A stretch of DNA of 63,055 nt, filler included, from Octopus bimaculoides (lineage: Eukaryota), in NCBI RefSeq assembly GCF_001194135.2. It is 6 parts of 5 records of this genome, joined end to end, with 100 filler letters (N's around TTAATTAATTAA, not from the genome) between each part and the next. Parts side by side here need not be neighbours in the genome. Positions count along the whole stretch, not along the records: positions 1 to 5,329 come from NW_026346130.1; positions 5,430 to 19,756 come from NC_068981.1; 4 more parts are not named here. One strand, written 5' to 3'. Position numbers and translations under genes: made by a program. Numbering within the stretch: the first letter of the stretch is position 1; every line of letters begins with the position of its first letter. The notes under the pieces are model-generated. The model ran no database searches, was not told the DNA's origin, and saw nothing but the letters and a program-made list of their open reading frames with translations. Of the stretch, positions 1 through 11,370 are shown piece by piece.

Positions 1-60
1 GTGCTCCAGCATGGCCACAGTCAAATGACTGAAACAAGTAAAAGAGTAAAAAGAGAGTAA
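1..60 (+). mobile_element. SINE family A, 3' end only
   Basis: gtgctccagcatggccacagtcaaatgactgaaacaagtaaaaga matches the 3' ends of copies at 31250-31298 and 44205-44262. Confidence 0.75.
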
Positions 61-599
61 AGAGAATGGTAATGACGATGATGATGATGATGATGACGAT
101 ATGGATCAGTCCATATGAAAACATCTGGATTCGGACAAATAATCATTCGATGAATGAACGATTGATATATTGTGATGATACACACACACATATATACGCA
201 TACACACACACACACACTAATATAGCCATAAAAAAACACACGTGAAATAGCGAGCCATACACACTCCTTTCAGTATGAGTGCTTCCCATGAGCACTCACT
301 CAAGTATCAGGACATGCATGCACAAGTCCACCTACACAAGCACATGCAGGAGTGTACATGTGTGTCTAGACGTGAGTGTGTGTTTGTGTGTGTGTGTGTG
401 TGGCTTTTTACCAAAATTGAAACGGAGAGTTTGGTCTTGTGACTCGAGCTTGGTCACACTGTGGTCCCGCCTGAAGAGTGCGAAAGCATCAAACTCGAAC
501 CACAAGATGAACTCTGTCTCAGTTTCAATATAAAGGCGTAGCCCCTACAACACTTATTGAGCACTCCATCCTGATTCATTCAACAACAAGGAACTTGCA

Positions 600-663
600 T
601 GTATGTATGCGTATATATATATATATATATATATATACATACAATATGTACATATATATATAA

Positions 664-712
<49 letters not shown>

Positions 713-855
713 GTGGTAAATATATACATATATATATATATACATACACACAATATATATGGTAGATATATACATATATATATGTATATATATATATATT
801 ATATGATACATATATACATACAATATATATATATAATATATGATACATATATACT

Positions 856-898
<43 letters not shown>

Positions 899-931
899 AC
901 ATATATACACACAATATATATATATATATAG
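600..931. repeat. (TA)n-type microsatellite, representative of many in the window
   Basis: Long degenerate TA dinucleotide run; similar (TA)n, (CA)n, (GA)n, (TATG)n and (GATA)n runs border most N-gaps. Confidence 0.95.
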
Positions 932-1014
932 ATGATATATACCAAACTATAATCCTATATTGTTATGAAGGATTTGGGGAAAGGGGCAGCACTTGTATTA
1001 CATAAAGAAATTGG

Positions 1015-1054
<40 letters not shown>

Positions 1055-1842
1055 GAGGAGTAGTGGCCTTACACGGATTGCCATGGTTTTTTTCCAGTCA
1101 ACAAAACATATATTTACAAAANNNNNNNNNNNNNNNNNNNNNNNNNNNNNNNNNNNNNNNNNNNNNNNNNNNNNNNNNNNNNNNNNNNNNNNNNNNNNNN
1201 NNNNNNNNNNNNNNNNNNNNNNNNNNNNNNNNNNNNNNNNNNNNNNNNNNNNNNNNNNNNNNNNNNNNNNNNNNNNNNNNNNNNNNNNNNNNNNNNNNNN
1301 NNNNNNNNNNNNNNNNNNNNNNNNNNNNNNNNNNNNNNNNNNNNNNNNNNNNNNNNNNNNNNNNNNNNNNNNNNNNNNNNNNNNNNNNNNNNNNNNNNNN
1401 NNNNNNNNNNNNNNNNNNNNNNNNNNNNNNNNNNNNNNNNNNNNNNNNNNNNNNNNNNNNNNNNNNNNNNNNNNNNNNNNNNNNNNNNNNNNNNNNNNNN
1501 NNNNNNNNNNNNNNNNNNNNNNNNNNNNNNNNNNNNNNNNNNNNNNNNNNNNNNNNNNNNNNNNNNNNNNNNNNNNNNNNNNNNNNNNNNNNNNNNNNNN
1601 NNNNNNNNNNNNNNNNNNNNNNNNNNNNNNNNNNNNNNNNNNNNNNNNNNNNNNNNNNNNNNNNNNNNNNNNNNNNNNNNNNNNNNNNNNNNNNNNNNNN
1701 NNNNNNNNNNNNNNNNNNNNNNNNNNNNNNNNNNNNNNNNNNNNNNNNNNNNNNNNNNNNNNNNNNNNNNNNNNNNNNNNNNNNNNNNNNNNNNNNNNNN
1801 NNNNNNNNNNNNNNNNNNNNNNNNNNNNNNNNNNNNNNNNNN

Positions 1843-1891
<49 letters not shown>

Positions 1892-2089
1892 CATATATAT
1901 ATATATATATATATATACATACATTATATACAAACACATTATATACATGTACATATACACACATTATAAGCATGTACATATACACACATTTTATATACAT
2001 ATACCTACACACAGAGGTACATACAGGTACAACTGTATAGAAATTAGCTGTGAATATGGGAATAACAAGTACCGGAGAAAATCATAGCT

Positions 2090-2140
2090 GGCCTGCCCCT
2101 TGGCAAGGCCTGCCCCTTGGCAAGGCCTGCCCCTTGGTAA
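2090..2140. repeat. 17-bp tandem repeat x3
   Basis: ggcctgccccttggcaa x2 plus ggcctgccccttggtaa. Confidence 0.9.
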
Positions 2141-2281
2141 GCACCTGAGCCAGTGCTGCGCTGAAATGATGGAATGCAGCATGGTGGGTGGATGTTAACC
2201 ATTTTGGTAAACGGGCTTACTGACAGCAAATATCACTACGTACTGTCAATGAACTGGTTCAGTCAGTGAATTACTGCTATA

Positions 2282-2418
2282 GGCGCAGGAGTGGCTGTGT
2301 GGTAAGTAGCTTGCTTACCAACCACATGGTTCCGGGTTCATTCCCACTGCGTGGCACCTTGGGCAAGTGTCTTCTACTATAGCCTCGGGCTGACCAAGGC
2401 CTTGTGAATGGATTTGGG
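2282..2418 (+). mobile_element. SINE family A 5' part (tRNA-like head plus CORE-like segment); duplicate of 2503-2639
   Basis: A-box-like tggctgtgtgg, B-box-like ggttcattccc, then ccttgggcaagt; the same sequence repeats across the N-gap. Confidence 0.8.
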
Positions 2419-2502
2419 NNNNNNNNNNNNNNNNNNNNNNNNNNNNNNNNNNNNNNNNNNNNNNNNNNNNNNNNNNNNNNNNNNNNNNNNNNNACTGCTA
2501 TA

Positions 2503-2758
2503 GGCGCAGGAGTGGCTGTGTGGTAAGTAGCTTGCTTACCAACCACATGGTTCCGGGTTCATTCCCACTGCGTGGCACCTTGGGCAAGTGTCTTCTACTA
2601 TAGCCTCGGGCTGACCAAGGCCTTGTGAATGGATTTGGGAGATGGAAACTGAAAGAAACCCATCGTATATATGTATATATATATATGTATGTGTATTTGT
2701 GTGTATATGTTTGTGTCTCTGTGTTTGTCCCCCCAACATCGATTGACAACCGATGCTG
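2503..2758 (+). mobile_element. SINE family A, 3'-truncated, with internal microsatellite
   Basis: tRNA-like head, internal (TA/TG)n, ends at caaccgatgctg; flanked by direct repeat ctgctatag (2495-2503 and 2756-2764). Confidence 0.85.
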
Positions 2759-2869
2759 CTATAGCACCGGTTATAAAAGGTTCCAAACCATCACTGTTTG
2801 GGAAGTTGCTTTTGTACCTGTATGTATATGTGTGTGTATGTATGTATATATATATATATATATATTATA

Positions 2870-3026
2870 TAAGGCCGGAAAATGCAAAATAAATTCAAGG
2901 CAAATCACAAGAAAACAGGCATATGAATTAACCCTGAAATATTGAATGCAGGGTAAGTCACCGTTAATTCATGTGCCTGTTTTCTTGTGATATACCATGG
3001 ATTTATTTTGCATTGTTCTGGCCTTA
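2870..3026. mobile_element. Hairpin MITE-like element with ~63-bp inverted arms and TA ends
   Basis: taaggccggaaaatgcaaaataaa...gaattaac is the reverse complement of gttaattc...tttattttgcattgttctggcctta; ~30-bp spacer. Confidence 0.7.
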
Positions 3027-3070
3027 CCCACAAATTTAATATAATATATTCTACACAATGCTTCATACTA

Positions 3071-3101
<31 letters not shown>

Positions 3102-4334
3102 ANNNNNNNNNNNNNNNNNNNNNNNNNNNNNNNNNNNNNNNNNNNNNNNNNNNNNNNNNNNNNNNNNNNNNNNNNNNNNNNNNNNNNNNNNNNNNNNNNN
3201 NNNNNNNNNNNNNNNNNNNNNNNNNNNNNNNNNNNNNNNNNNNNNNNNNNNNNNNNNNNNNNNNNNNNNNNNNNNNNNNNNNNNNNNNNNNNNNNNNNNN
3301 NNNNNNNNNNNNNNNNNNNNNNNNNNNNNNNNNNNNNNNNNNNNNNNNNNNNNNNNNNNNNNNNNNNNNNNNNNNNNNNNNNNNNNNNNNNNNNNNNNNN
3401 NNNNNNNNNNNNNNNNNNNNNNNNNNNNNNNNNNNNNNNNNNNNNNNNNNNNNNNNNNNNNNNNNNNNNNNNNNNNNNNNNNNNNNNNNNNNNNNNNNNN
3501 NNNNNNNNNNNNNNNNNNNNNNNNNNNNNNNNNNNNNNNNNNNNNNNNNNNNNNNNNNNNNNNNNNNNNNNNNNNNNNNNNNNNNNNNNNNNNNNNNNNN
3601 NNNNNNNNNNNNNNNNNNNNNNNNNNNNNNNNNNNNNNNNNNNNNNNNNNNNNNNNNNNNNNNNNNNNNNNNNNNNNNNNNNNNNNNNNNNNNNNNNNNN
3701 NNNNNNNNNNNNNNNNNNNNNNNNNNNNNNNNNNNNNNNNNNNNNNNNNNNNNNNNNNNNNNNNNNNNNNNNNNNNNNNNNNNNNNNNNNNNNNNNNNNN
3801 NNNNNNNNNNNNNNNNNNNNNNNNNNNNNNNNNNNNNNNNNNNNNNNNNNNNNNNNNNNNNNNNNNNNNNNNNNNNNNNNNNNNNNNNNNNNNNNNNNNN
3901 NNNNNNNNNNNNNNNNNNNNNNNNNNNNNNNNNNNNNNNNNNNNNNNNNNNNNNNNNNNNNNNNNNNNNNNNNNNNNNNNNNNNNNNNNNNNNNNNNNNN
4001 NNNNNNNNNNNNNNNNNNNNNNNNNNNNNNNNNNNNNNAATTATTATTTATATAGATAGGGTCATAAATTGAATATTAATTCAATTTAAAACCAAGTGGC
4101 CTAGCAAATAAAAAAATCTGAAAATTAAAAAAAAATTGTATTACACGTGTATAAGGGATGACCACTAGGTGGACATCCAATATGCTAGAAAGGGGTCATC
4201 AACGACCCAACCACAAAGAAAAATAATGTTCTCGAGAAAAATTTTGCAAAACACCAGAACAGGACAAAATGAGAAATATACAGAATAAAGAATTAGCTAT
4301 GTACTGCAGTTTCGAACATTAACGTTTTACTTAC

Positions 4335-4436
4335 GTAACAACATTCGTGTTCTCGTTGGCATAGACGTTCTACAATCAATATAATTTGCAGAACTATACC
4401 CGAATTGTCTTCATGAAATAAGACTTGCATACAGTT
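4335..4436 (-). CDS. Candidate exon (NCMQVLFHEDNSGIVLQIILIVERLCQREHECCY), phase 0-0
   Basis: Open 102-bp frame ending at a GTAAGT donor; weak acceptor (atcggtag); no homolog recognised. Confidence 0.2.
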
Positions 4437-4497
4437 CTACCGATTACATTGGGGCTATTTTTCAAAATGCCTCAGCTCCGTGTAGAGACAAACAGAG
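4392..4497 (+). CDS. Alternative candidate exon (xLYPNCLHEIRLAYSSTDYIGAIFQNASAPCRDKQ), phase 1-2
   Basis: tttgcag acceptor, gag/GTAGGT donor, one open frame; overlaps the minus-strand candidate, so probably at most one is real. Confidence 0.2.
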
Positions 4498-4521
4498 GTA
4501 GGTAAAGAATGATATATAGAT

Positions 4522-4581
4522 AGACACACTGTTAGACAGACAGACACACTGTTAAACAGACAGACACACTGTTAGACAGAC
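4522..4581. repeat. 20-bp tandem repeat x3
   Basis: agacacactgttagacagac unit. Confidence 0.85.
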
Positions 4582-4913
4582 AGACAGACACACACAAACA
4601 GATAAGACGTCAGAAAGTTAAAGATGGGAAGAGAAAGATATACAGGCAGACAAAGAGATGCACCGTTAGACAGACAGAATTACAATTAGATAGGGTAAGA
4701 CATATAGAGATACAGTGACGAATAGAAAAACATCACATCACGCATCAAAAGTACATCCTATCTACAACATCACTACCCACCTCATCATACAGCTCATCGT
4801 GGCACCCTAGGATTATAACATAACATGGTATAGCACAACAATACCACTACGCTACATCACAAACACCTCATCTCTATCCGACAGAACAAAACATTATGAA
4901 AACCACAACACCA

Positions 4914-4947
<34 letters not shown>

Positions 4948-4948
<1 letters not shown>

Positions 4949-5165
4949 AGATGGTGAGCTGGCATAAATGCTTGCACATTAGATGAAATGCTTAGCGATA
5001 TTTCGCCTGTCGCTATGTTCTGAGTTCAAATTCTGCCGAGGTCGACTTTGCCTTTCATCCTTTCAGGGTTGATGAATTAAGTACCAATGATACACTGGTG
5101 TTGATATAACTGATTGGTCCCACTCCCCCAAATTTCAGGCCTTGTGCCTGTTGTAGAAAGGATTA
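4948..5165 (+). mobile_element. SINE family B, near full length, with (TTA)n tail
   Basis: gagctggca...ttctgagttcaaattctgccgaggtcgactttgcctttcatcc...ggccttgtgcc...attattatt; B-box-like gagttcaaattc. Confidence 0.85.
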
Positions 5166-5185
5166 TTATTATTATTATTATTATT

Positions 5186-5329
5186 AAGGCAGCGAGCTGG
5201 CAGAAACGTTAGGACGCCGGGCGAAATGCTTAGCGGTATTTCGTCTGTCTGTACGTTCTGAGTTCAAATTCTGCTGAGGTCGACTTTGGCTTTCATCCTT
5301 TCAGGGTCGATGAATTAAGTACCAATGAT
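5186..5329 (+). mobile_element. SINE family B starting in the (TTA)n tail of the previous copy
   Basis: aaggcagcgagctggcagaaacgttag... immediately follows attattatt. Confidence 0.85.
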
Positions 5330-5429
5330 NNNNNNNNNNNNNNNNNNNNNNNNNNNNNNNNNNNNNNNNNNNNTTAATTAATTAANNNNNNNNNNNNNNN
5401 NNNNNNNNNNNNNNNNNNNNNNNNNNNNN

Positions 5430-5489
5430 GGAGATCATGGAAAACCTGACCCATGATCTACCTGGAGTGGCCGTCTTCCAGGATGACAT
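5430..5489 (+). pseudogene. Short Ty3/Gypsy-like RT fragment (EIMENLTHDLPGVAVFQDDI)
   Basis: Translation resembles the segment around the RT YxDD motif; only 20 codons. Confidence 0.4.
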
Positions 5490-5781
5490 ACAATGATGGT
5501 GGTTGGTTTTATATTAGAGTTACTGGACCAAACTGCTATTATTGAAATGAGCTCTTTTGATGCCATTGCTTATACACAGTATGCAAAGAGTAATAATATT
5601 CTCACTAAGCTTGAGATTACGTTTATCTCACAGTACTCGCAGTATTCGCAAGCACACCATCACTCTTCTGGGTAGTTTAAAACGAACTTTGAGTCATTCA
5701 CAAGCATGACCCAGCTTATAAGAAGAAAAAAAGGATGGTAAACGGAGGGGACCATAGCTAAGGCTGTTAAATGTGACTTAC

Positions 5782-5827
5782 ATTTGAAGGTTTTTAGGGC
5801 TGAGCAAGCTCCATACATCTTAACTAT
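5782..5827 (-). CDS. Candidate exon (IVKMYGACSALKTFK), phase 0-1
   Basis: Acceptor cttcctccattgtgtttcAG, donor aat/GTAAGT, only one open frame. Confidence 0.3.
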
Positions 5828-6199
5828 CTGAAACACAATGGAGGAAGGTAAGAATTTTCGCCAGCGAAAAGAAATTCGTAATCAACCAAATCATTAATCT
5901 TCACAATTGAAGCGTTATTGCTTTCGAGTCTTTCGAAATTCCTGTTTTCTTGCAAAGCGAGAACAGTCTCAGTGATGGTATTTGGAACCGCTAAAAGCAA
6001 CGAAGTGAGGTGTGACGCCACCTCATTTGATCAAAGTTAATTCCAACATAAGACGACTAAGTATCTAAACATCTTTCATAATGTACTGATGCTGTGGATT
6101 ATTAAAAAATTATCTGAATGAGGTTAGTTATGCTTTCCACACCTGTAAACGATTAAAGGCATATGCATGATTATTTGAAGGTGAAAATTCCATTGTTTG

Positions 6200-6372
6200 T
6201 CTCTCAGAAGAAGTCTGGTTTTCTAGCTCAAAATATTTTGAATCCGTGTGACTTCTGGATACGAGTTCACATTGCGGACGAGTCCAAATACAACACTCAC
6301 AGCAGCGTTGCCATGTTGAAAACTGCTATTAGAAAGACATTCAGGTCCATTGATGTGATTGAGGCACAGAGG
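6200..6372 (+). pseudogene. Tc1/mariner (maT-like) transposase C-terminal remnant
   Basis: ...LNPCDFWIRVHIADESKYNTHSSVAMLKTAIRKTF resembles the SPDLNPxDxxxW motif and following helix. Confidence 0.55.
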
Positions 6373-6547
6373 ACTCGATCAGTCTTTCCATTTGTATTCA
6401 GTCCATTTTAACTGATGATAGAGGACATATTGCGGAAATCTCTTATTATATTATAACAAAATAAACGCAAAACGCTCCGTGCTTCTTTCTTATCATTTAT
6501 CTTAGTTACAGGCTCTGAAATAGCTCAACAAAAATAGTTTCAATTTA

Positions 6548-6601
<54 letters not shown>

Positions 6602-6810
6602 CGTGCGTGCGTGTGTGTGTGTGCGCGCGCGCGCGTTGTGTGTGTCGATATATAATCATACATGCATACATATTTACAGACGTTACAGAAGAAGAGAGTA
6701 ATAAATATACATGTCTAGCACATCAAGACTCATACCCAACAAATACATACATTACACGCACACGCACGCACGCACACACATTACGTACATTTGCCTCTTA
6801 CTCTACAGTG

Positions 6811-6887
6811 GACGATTCCAAATGAAGTCTACTACTTCGGACGATTCCAAATGAAGTCTACTACTCCGGACGATTCCAAATGAAGTC
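6811..6887. repeat. 29-bp tandem repeat x2.7
   Basis: gacgattccaaatgaagtctactact(t/c)cg head-to-tail, no spacers. Confidence 0.9.
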
Positions 6888-7299
6888 GTGAACCAGCGTT
6901 GAAAGAGGGGAAAGGAAATGTTATAACAACTGCTAAGACAACAATGCGACGGCGACGAACCCACGAGGATGCAAAGATATAACGATTTCTACAACTACTA
7001 CAACTATAATCACGGCTACTATGACTGCAATGGAACAGACGCACTTCCTGCAGTCAAATGCCTGAAACAAGTAAAAGAATAAAAGAATAAACGAATAATC
7101 CCAATGAAGAAAAACTACAAAACAGTCTCTCAATATCTCTATCAATAACATAAAATTTTCTTAAGAGTATCTTCTACATGTAGAAACACGTAATTGAATG
7201 CAGGCTGCCTTACTTACGATGTTTTTTGTTTTGTCTTTAATTTGTTGAGTCTGGAAGAAGGGCGCCGCCCATCACCTACGCAAGCCTTCTGTGACCAGT

Positions 7300-7960
7300 G
7301 AAAGCGATGCCGTCAATGTTCTGATTAATTTGTTACACATCAACAACTGCAGGAAAGACATGAACAGGGAGATGATTCCAGAGGCCAATGTTCCTGGGGT
7401 GCAGGACTAGGAATAATAATCAAAACAGTAGCCGGGATGTTGGATGCAACAATGGTGAAGAGAGATGGAAAAGTTGAGAGGTGAATGGGTATTTTCGACC
7501 CACTCACCCCTTCACCTCTGGCAACCCTTGTTGTGGAGTCAGGGCTGGCCCAAGAACTGCCGGCGCCCAGCGTAAGCTGAACTTCGGCGTGTACAAGCTG
7601 ATGTTCATGGAAATTTCCTTGTCTTTGCCCACGCCCTCCTTGGCGCCTCCTAGTACATGGTGCCCCGGACGACTGTCTTAGTTGTCGGTATCTTGAACCG
7701 GCCTTATGTGGATTTGCGAGACCACCCAGCTCTGGAGAACAGAAGTCATTGTTGTAGCGATAGAAAAGACAAGAAAGGAGACAGCATGGCTGAAGGCCAG
7801 AGGCTTGAGTGTGTCTGTTAGGATTTGAGTATCAACTAGTCGAGTGGCCATTCTCTGGATGCGTTTCGGGACGTTTGTGTGCTTAGTATCAGTCTCATCC
7901 TAAATGTGGAAGCAGTACTTGATCGTGGACTTCGCTGGCGTGTCAGCAGTTGTTGAAGGT
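7300..7960 (-). mobile_element. Decayed LINE (CR1/L2 group) ORF2 3' region
   Basis: Frameshifted pieces KYCFHI...KRIQRMATRLV...LTDTLKPLAF, then FYRYNNDFCSPEL and LWNHLPVHVFP, typical of the post-RT region of CR1/L2-group LINEs. Confidence 0.7.
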
Positions 7961-8139
7961 TGAAGTTCAGCTGAAAATAAGTTTTAATCTCTTGAAATTA
8001 TAACCGCAATGAGAAGGAAAGTCATTAACATTAATGAAGACTACACTGAAAAGAGGCAAGGGAGAGGTCTTTCGAAATTTTGATTGACTAAAAATAAAAT
8101 GAATGCATGAACTGAGTGATAGTCCGATCTTTGACTATT

Positions 8140-8183
8140 ATAGGGACAACTCTGTTTCGGACTTATAATACCTCATTAGGGAA
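8140..8183 (-). ncRNA. Degenerate hammerhead-like motif
   Basis: Minus strand: CTAATGA ggtattataagtcc GAAA cagagtt GTC; core G5 mutated and stem I not paired. Confidence 0.35.
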
Positions 8184-8377
8184 GCATGGTCCACTCATAG
8201 TAATCAGAACCTTAGAAGGGCTAATTGATATCGCTGTTTATGAAAATAACTCACTGATAAGCAAATTATAATAATGAGACTGGATATTTTCCCATCGGTG
8301 TCTTCTGAAAGAAAAAACGTATAATTAAGAACAGGTTACCATATTTAATGTGCTGAAATCAAAAAAAGACAACCACT

Positions 8378-8415
8378 GTACTGATGAAGCCTTTGATGCA
8401 GAAATCCGTGTCTAC
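8378..8415 (+). ncRNA. Minimal type I hammerhead-like motif
   Basis: gta CTGATGA agcctttgatgca GAAA tccgt GTC tac; intact core, short and weak stems. Confidence 0.4.
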
Positions 8416-8809
8416 TGCTGGTCTCTTGTCTCCAGAAAAAGAAAAACAGACTATCTTTTCCTTAATGGCGTGTCACTTCTTGAGAATCCCTGATTTTTTA
8501 TATTATTTCCTTTTCCTATTCAGAATCGACTGCAATCGCCACCAGGCGTTTGCTTACTTTATTGAAGCGAAGATAATTTCAAAAGATCAAGAATGCATCT
8601 TGTATAATATTTAACATACCTATATTGCTCTTTTGATGTGAAGTTCCTGACACTAGCAACACTGAGTTATTTCTATAGCTCAATTTTGATTTTGCGCGCG
8701 CGCGCACGCACACACACACACACACACACATACACACACATACATATACACACGTACACACACAACGTAACGGTGTGTGTGCATGTGTGCTTGCACGCGC
8801 GCGTGTGTA

Positions 8810-10022
8810 GGGTCACTCCCTAAATAACGCGTTTTTTTCAATTGTATGAACTAAAAGTCGGAGAGGGACGAAATAAACTACCTGCATCAACTTGCTATAG
8901 AAGCAGATAGTAATTTTACCGTGTACTTATTCTTAGTGCAAGTTTTGAATAGTGCAGTTCGATTTTAACAGTAATTTTCTAAAGCTATAACGGAAGTGAC
9001 AAAGGGGCATACTCGGCATATTTTTCTTTATGAGTTCAACAAAGGTAAAAACTCAACGGATAGTGCGAGGAATATTACTGCAGTATATGGGGATCGGACC
9101 ATAACCGTAAGCCAGTGTCAACGGTGGTTCCAGAAATTCCAAGCCGAGAACTACAGCCTAGAAGACGAGCCTCGTCCTGGAAGATTTGTAGAGCTCGATG
9201 AGGACGTCCTGCAAACCCTGGTGGAACAAAATCCCATCGTAACTGTTGAGGAACTAGCAGAGAAGCTTGTATTTGGTCATTCAACCATTCATCGACACCT
9301 GCATGCCATCGTAAAAGTCAGTAAATTGGGTCAATGGGTGCCTCACAAGTCTAATCGCATGCAGAGAGTGAATGTGTGCTCTTCTTTGCTGTCACATCTC
9401 ACGAATGAACCTTATTTGGCCCGAATAGTGACTGGTGACTAGAAATGGATTCTCTATAAAAATGCCAAGCACTGAAGACAGAGAGTAGGGAAAGGAGAAA
9501 CACTGGCATCCCAGGCTAAAGAAGGTCTTTACTAATGTAAGGTGTTGTTATCTGTTTGGTGGGATATGAAAGATGTAGTCCATTTTGAACTTTTAAACCC
9601 AAACCAAACGATAACAAAGGAGATCTACTACGAGCAGCTTGAGTGGCTTAAGTCAGCACTAGAAGAAAAACGACCGTCTTTGGTTTCAATACGAAAGGTG
9701 TTCTTCCATCAGAATAATGCTCGGCCACCAACAGCGAGGATGACATTCCAAAGACTGGAGCAGTTTGAATAGGAAACGATGCCCCAACCACCATATTTAC
9801 CCGACATTGCCCCATTTGATTAACATTTATTCCACAGTCTTCAAAATTATTTGGACGGAAAAAATATGAACTCTGTAGACGAGGTCAGAACAGTACTGAG
9901 GAGTATTTTTTGTCATGGACAAGTGAATTTTGGAAGAGGTGCCTTGCAAGTCTACCAGATAGATAGCATTGTAGAAAATGAAGGAGAGTATACTTTAGAT
10001 TATAAAAGAACCTTATCTTAAT
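8810..10022 (+). mobile_element. Decayed mariner (DD34D) element; transposase ~8990-10003 with stops and frameshifts
   Basis: HTH region, WVPHK, RIVTGD, FFHQNNARP and YLPDIAPFD motifs; starts after TA; right TIR presumably lost in the gap; start codon is ACG here but ATG in the copy at ~62900. Confidence 0.92.
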
Positions 10023-10211
10023 TTTTTTAAATTAATTCTATANNNNNNNNNNNNNNNNNNNNNNNNNNNNNNNNNNNNNNNNNNNNNNNNNNNNNNNNNN
10101 NNNNNNNNNNNNNNNNNNNNNNNNNNNNNNNNNNNNNNNNNNNNNNNNNNNNNNNNNNNNNNNNNNNNNNNNNNNNNNNNNNNNNNNNATATATATATAT
10201 ACATACATACA

Positions 10212-10245
<34 letters not shown>

Positions 10246-10279
10246 CATATGACATAATATATTGTTCAAATTTACAGAA

Positions 10280-10400
10280 AACAAAATAAAAAGCAGGTGT
10301 ATTAGTTTAACGCTCGGAAGAATGGAGAAGTCTTTTACGTTTCGAGCCTACGCTCTTCGGCGGAAAGGATTAAGGTGGAGGGGGAAAAAAGGAGAGATAA
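10280..10400 (-). mobile_element. Hammerhead-bearing ~200-bp element (family H1), partial
   Basis: Minus strand: cttt CCGCCGA a gagcgtaggctc GAAA cgt a aaag; homologous to 30352-30550 and 37221-37415. Confidence 0.7.
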
Positions 10401-10704
10401 TGAAAAAAACGAAAGGAGAGAAAAAATATCTTGTAGAGATTAACAGTTCAACATGAGAAAATAGTCAGAAGGAAGATAATGACAATGACTCGGCTGAACG
10501 AATTTATTCTCGCGCGCGCGCGTGCATATATGAGATTGGTGTGTGTGTGTGTGTATGTATGAATGGAGGTGAGTGTGTATGTATGAATGGAGGTGAGTGT
10601 GTGAGTATGTGTGGGTGAGCTGAAAAATATGTGGACCTGTGTGTGTATATGAGTAAGTGACTCAGTGCGTACATTATGTTGAGTGATATGCGTTAGATGT
10701 ACTG

Positions 10705-10759
<55 letters not shown>

Positions 10760-11318
10760 NNNNNNNNNNNNNNNNNNNNNNNNNNNNNNNNNNNNNNNNN
10801 NNNNNNNNNNNNNNNNNNNNNNNNNNNNNNNNNNNNNNNNNNNNNNNNNNNNNNNNNNNNNNNNNNNNNNNNNNNNNNNNNNNNNNNNNNNNNNNNNNNN
10901 NNNNNNNNNNNNNNNNNNNNNNNNNNNNNNNNNNNNNNNNNNNNNNNNNNNNNNNNNNNNNNNNNNNNNNNNNNNNNNNNNNNNNNNNNNNNNNNNNNNN
11001 NNNNNNNNNNNNNNNNNNNNNNNNNNNNNNNNNNNNNNNNNNNNNNNNNNNNNNNNNNNNNNNNNNNNNNNNNNNNNNNNNNNNNNNNNNNNNNNNNNNN
11101 NNNNNNNNNNNNNNNNNNNNNNNNNNNNNNNNNNNNNNNNNNNNNNNNNNNNNNNNNNNNNNNNNNNNNNNNNNNNNNNNNNNNNNNNNNNNNNNNNNNN
11201 NNNNNNNNNNNNNNNNNNNNNNNNNNNNNNNNNNNNNNNNNNNNNNNNNNNNNNNNNNNNNNNNNNNNNNNNNNNNNNNNNNNNNNNNNNNNNNNNNNNN
11301 NNNNNNNNNNNNNNNNNN

Positions 11319-11370
<52 letters not shown>

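Noticed and set aside
465-505. cCTGAAGAgtgcgaaagcatcAAAC hammerhead-like string
   Set aside because: G12 is absent, and neither an NUH triplet nor stem I can be built.
554-2087. Long ORFs such as YIYI..., CVCV..., THTH..., SLSL... and X-runs throughout the ORF track
   Set aside because: Translations of microsatellites and N-gaps.
2282-2360. tRNA-like heads with A and B boxes (all SINE families)
   Set aside because: No complete cloverleaf, and each is attached to a SINE body, so these are not tRNA genes.
2274-2640. Apparent tandem SINE duplication (2274-2418 versus 2494-2638)
   Set aside because: Identical sequence on both sides of an N-gap, most likely an unmerged contig overlap.
5374-5385. 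TTAATTAATTAA islands centred in 100-bp N blocks (also 19801, 24313, 28527, 58665)
   Set aside because: An identical 12-mer with stops in all six frames, placed symmetrically in equal-sized gaps, indicates an artificial scaffolding spacer. True distances across these joins are unknown.
6811-6887. 29-bp repeat of CRISPR-like length
   Set aside because: Units are directly adjacent with no unique spacers, there are no cas genes, and the context is eukaryotic.
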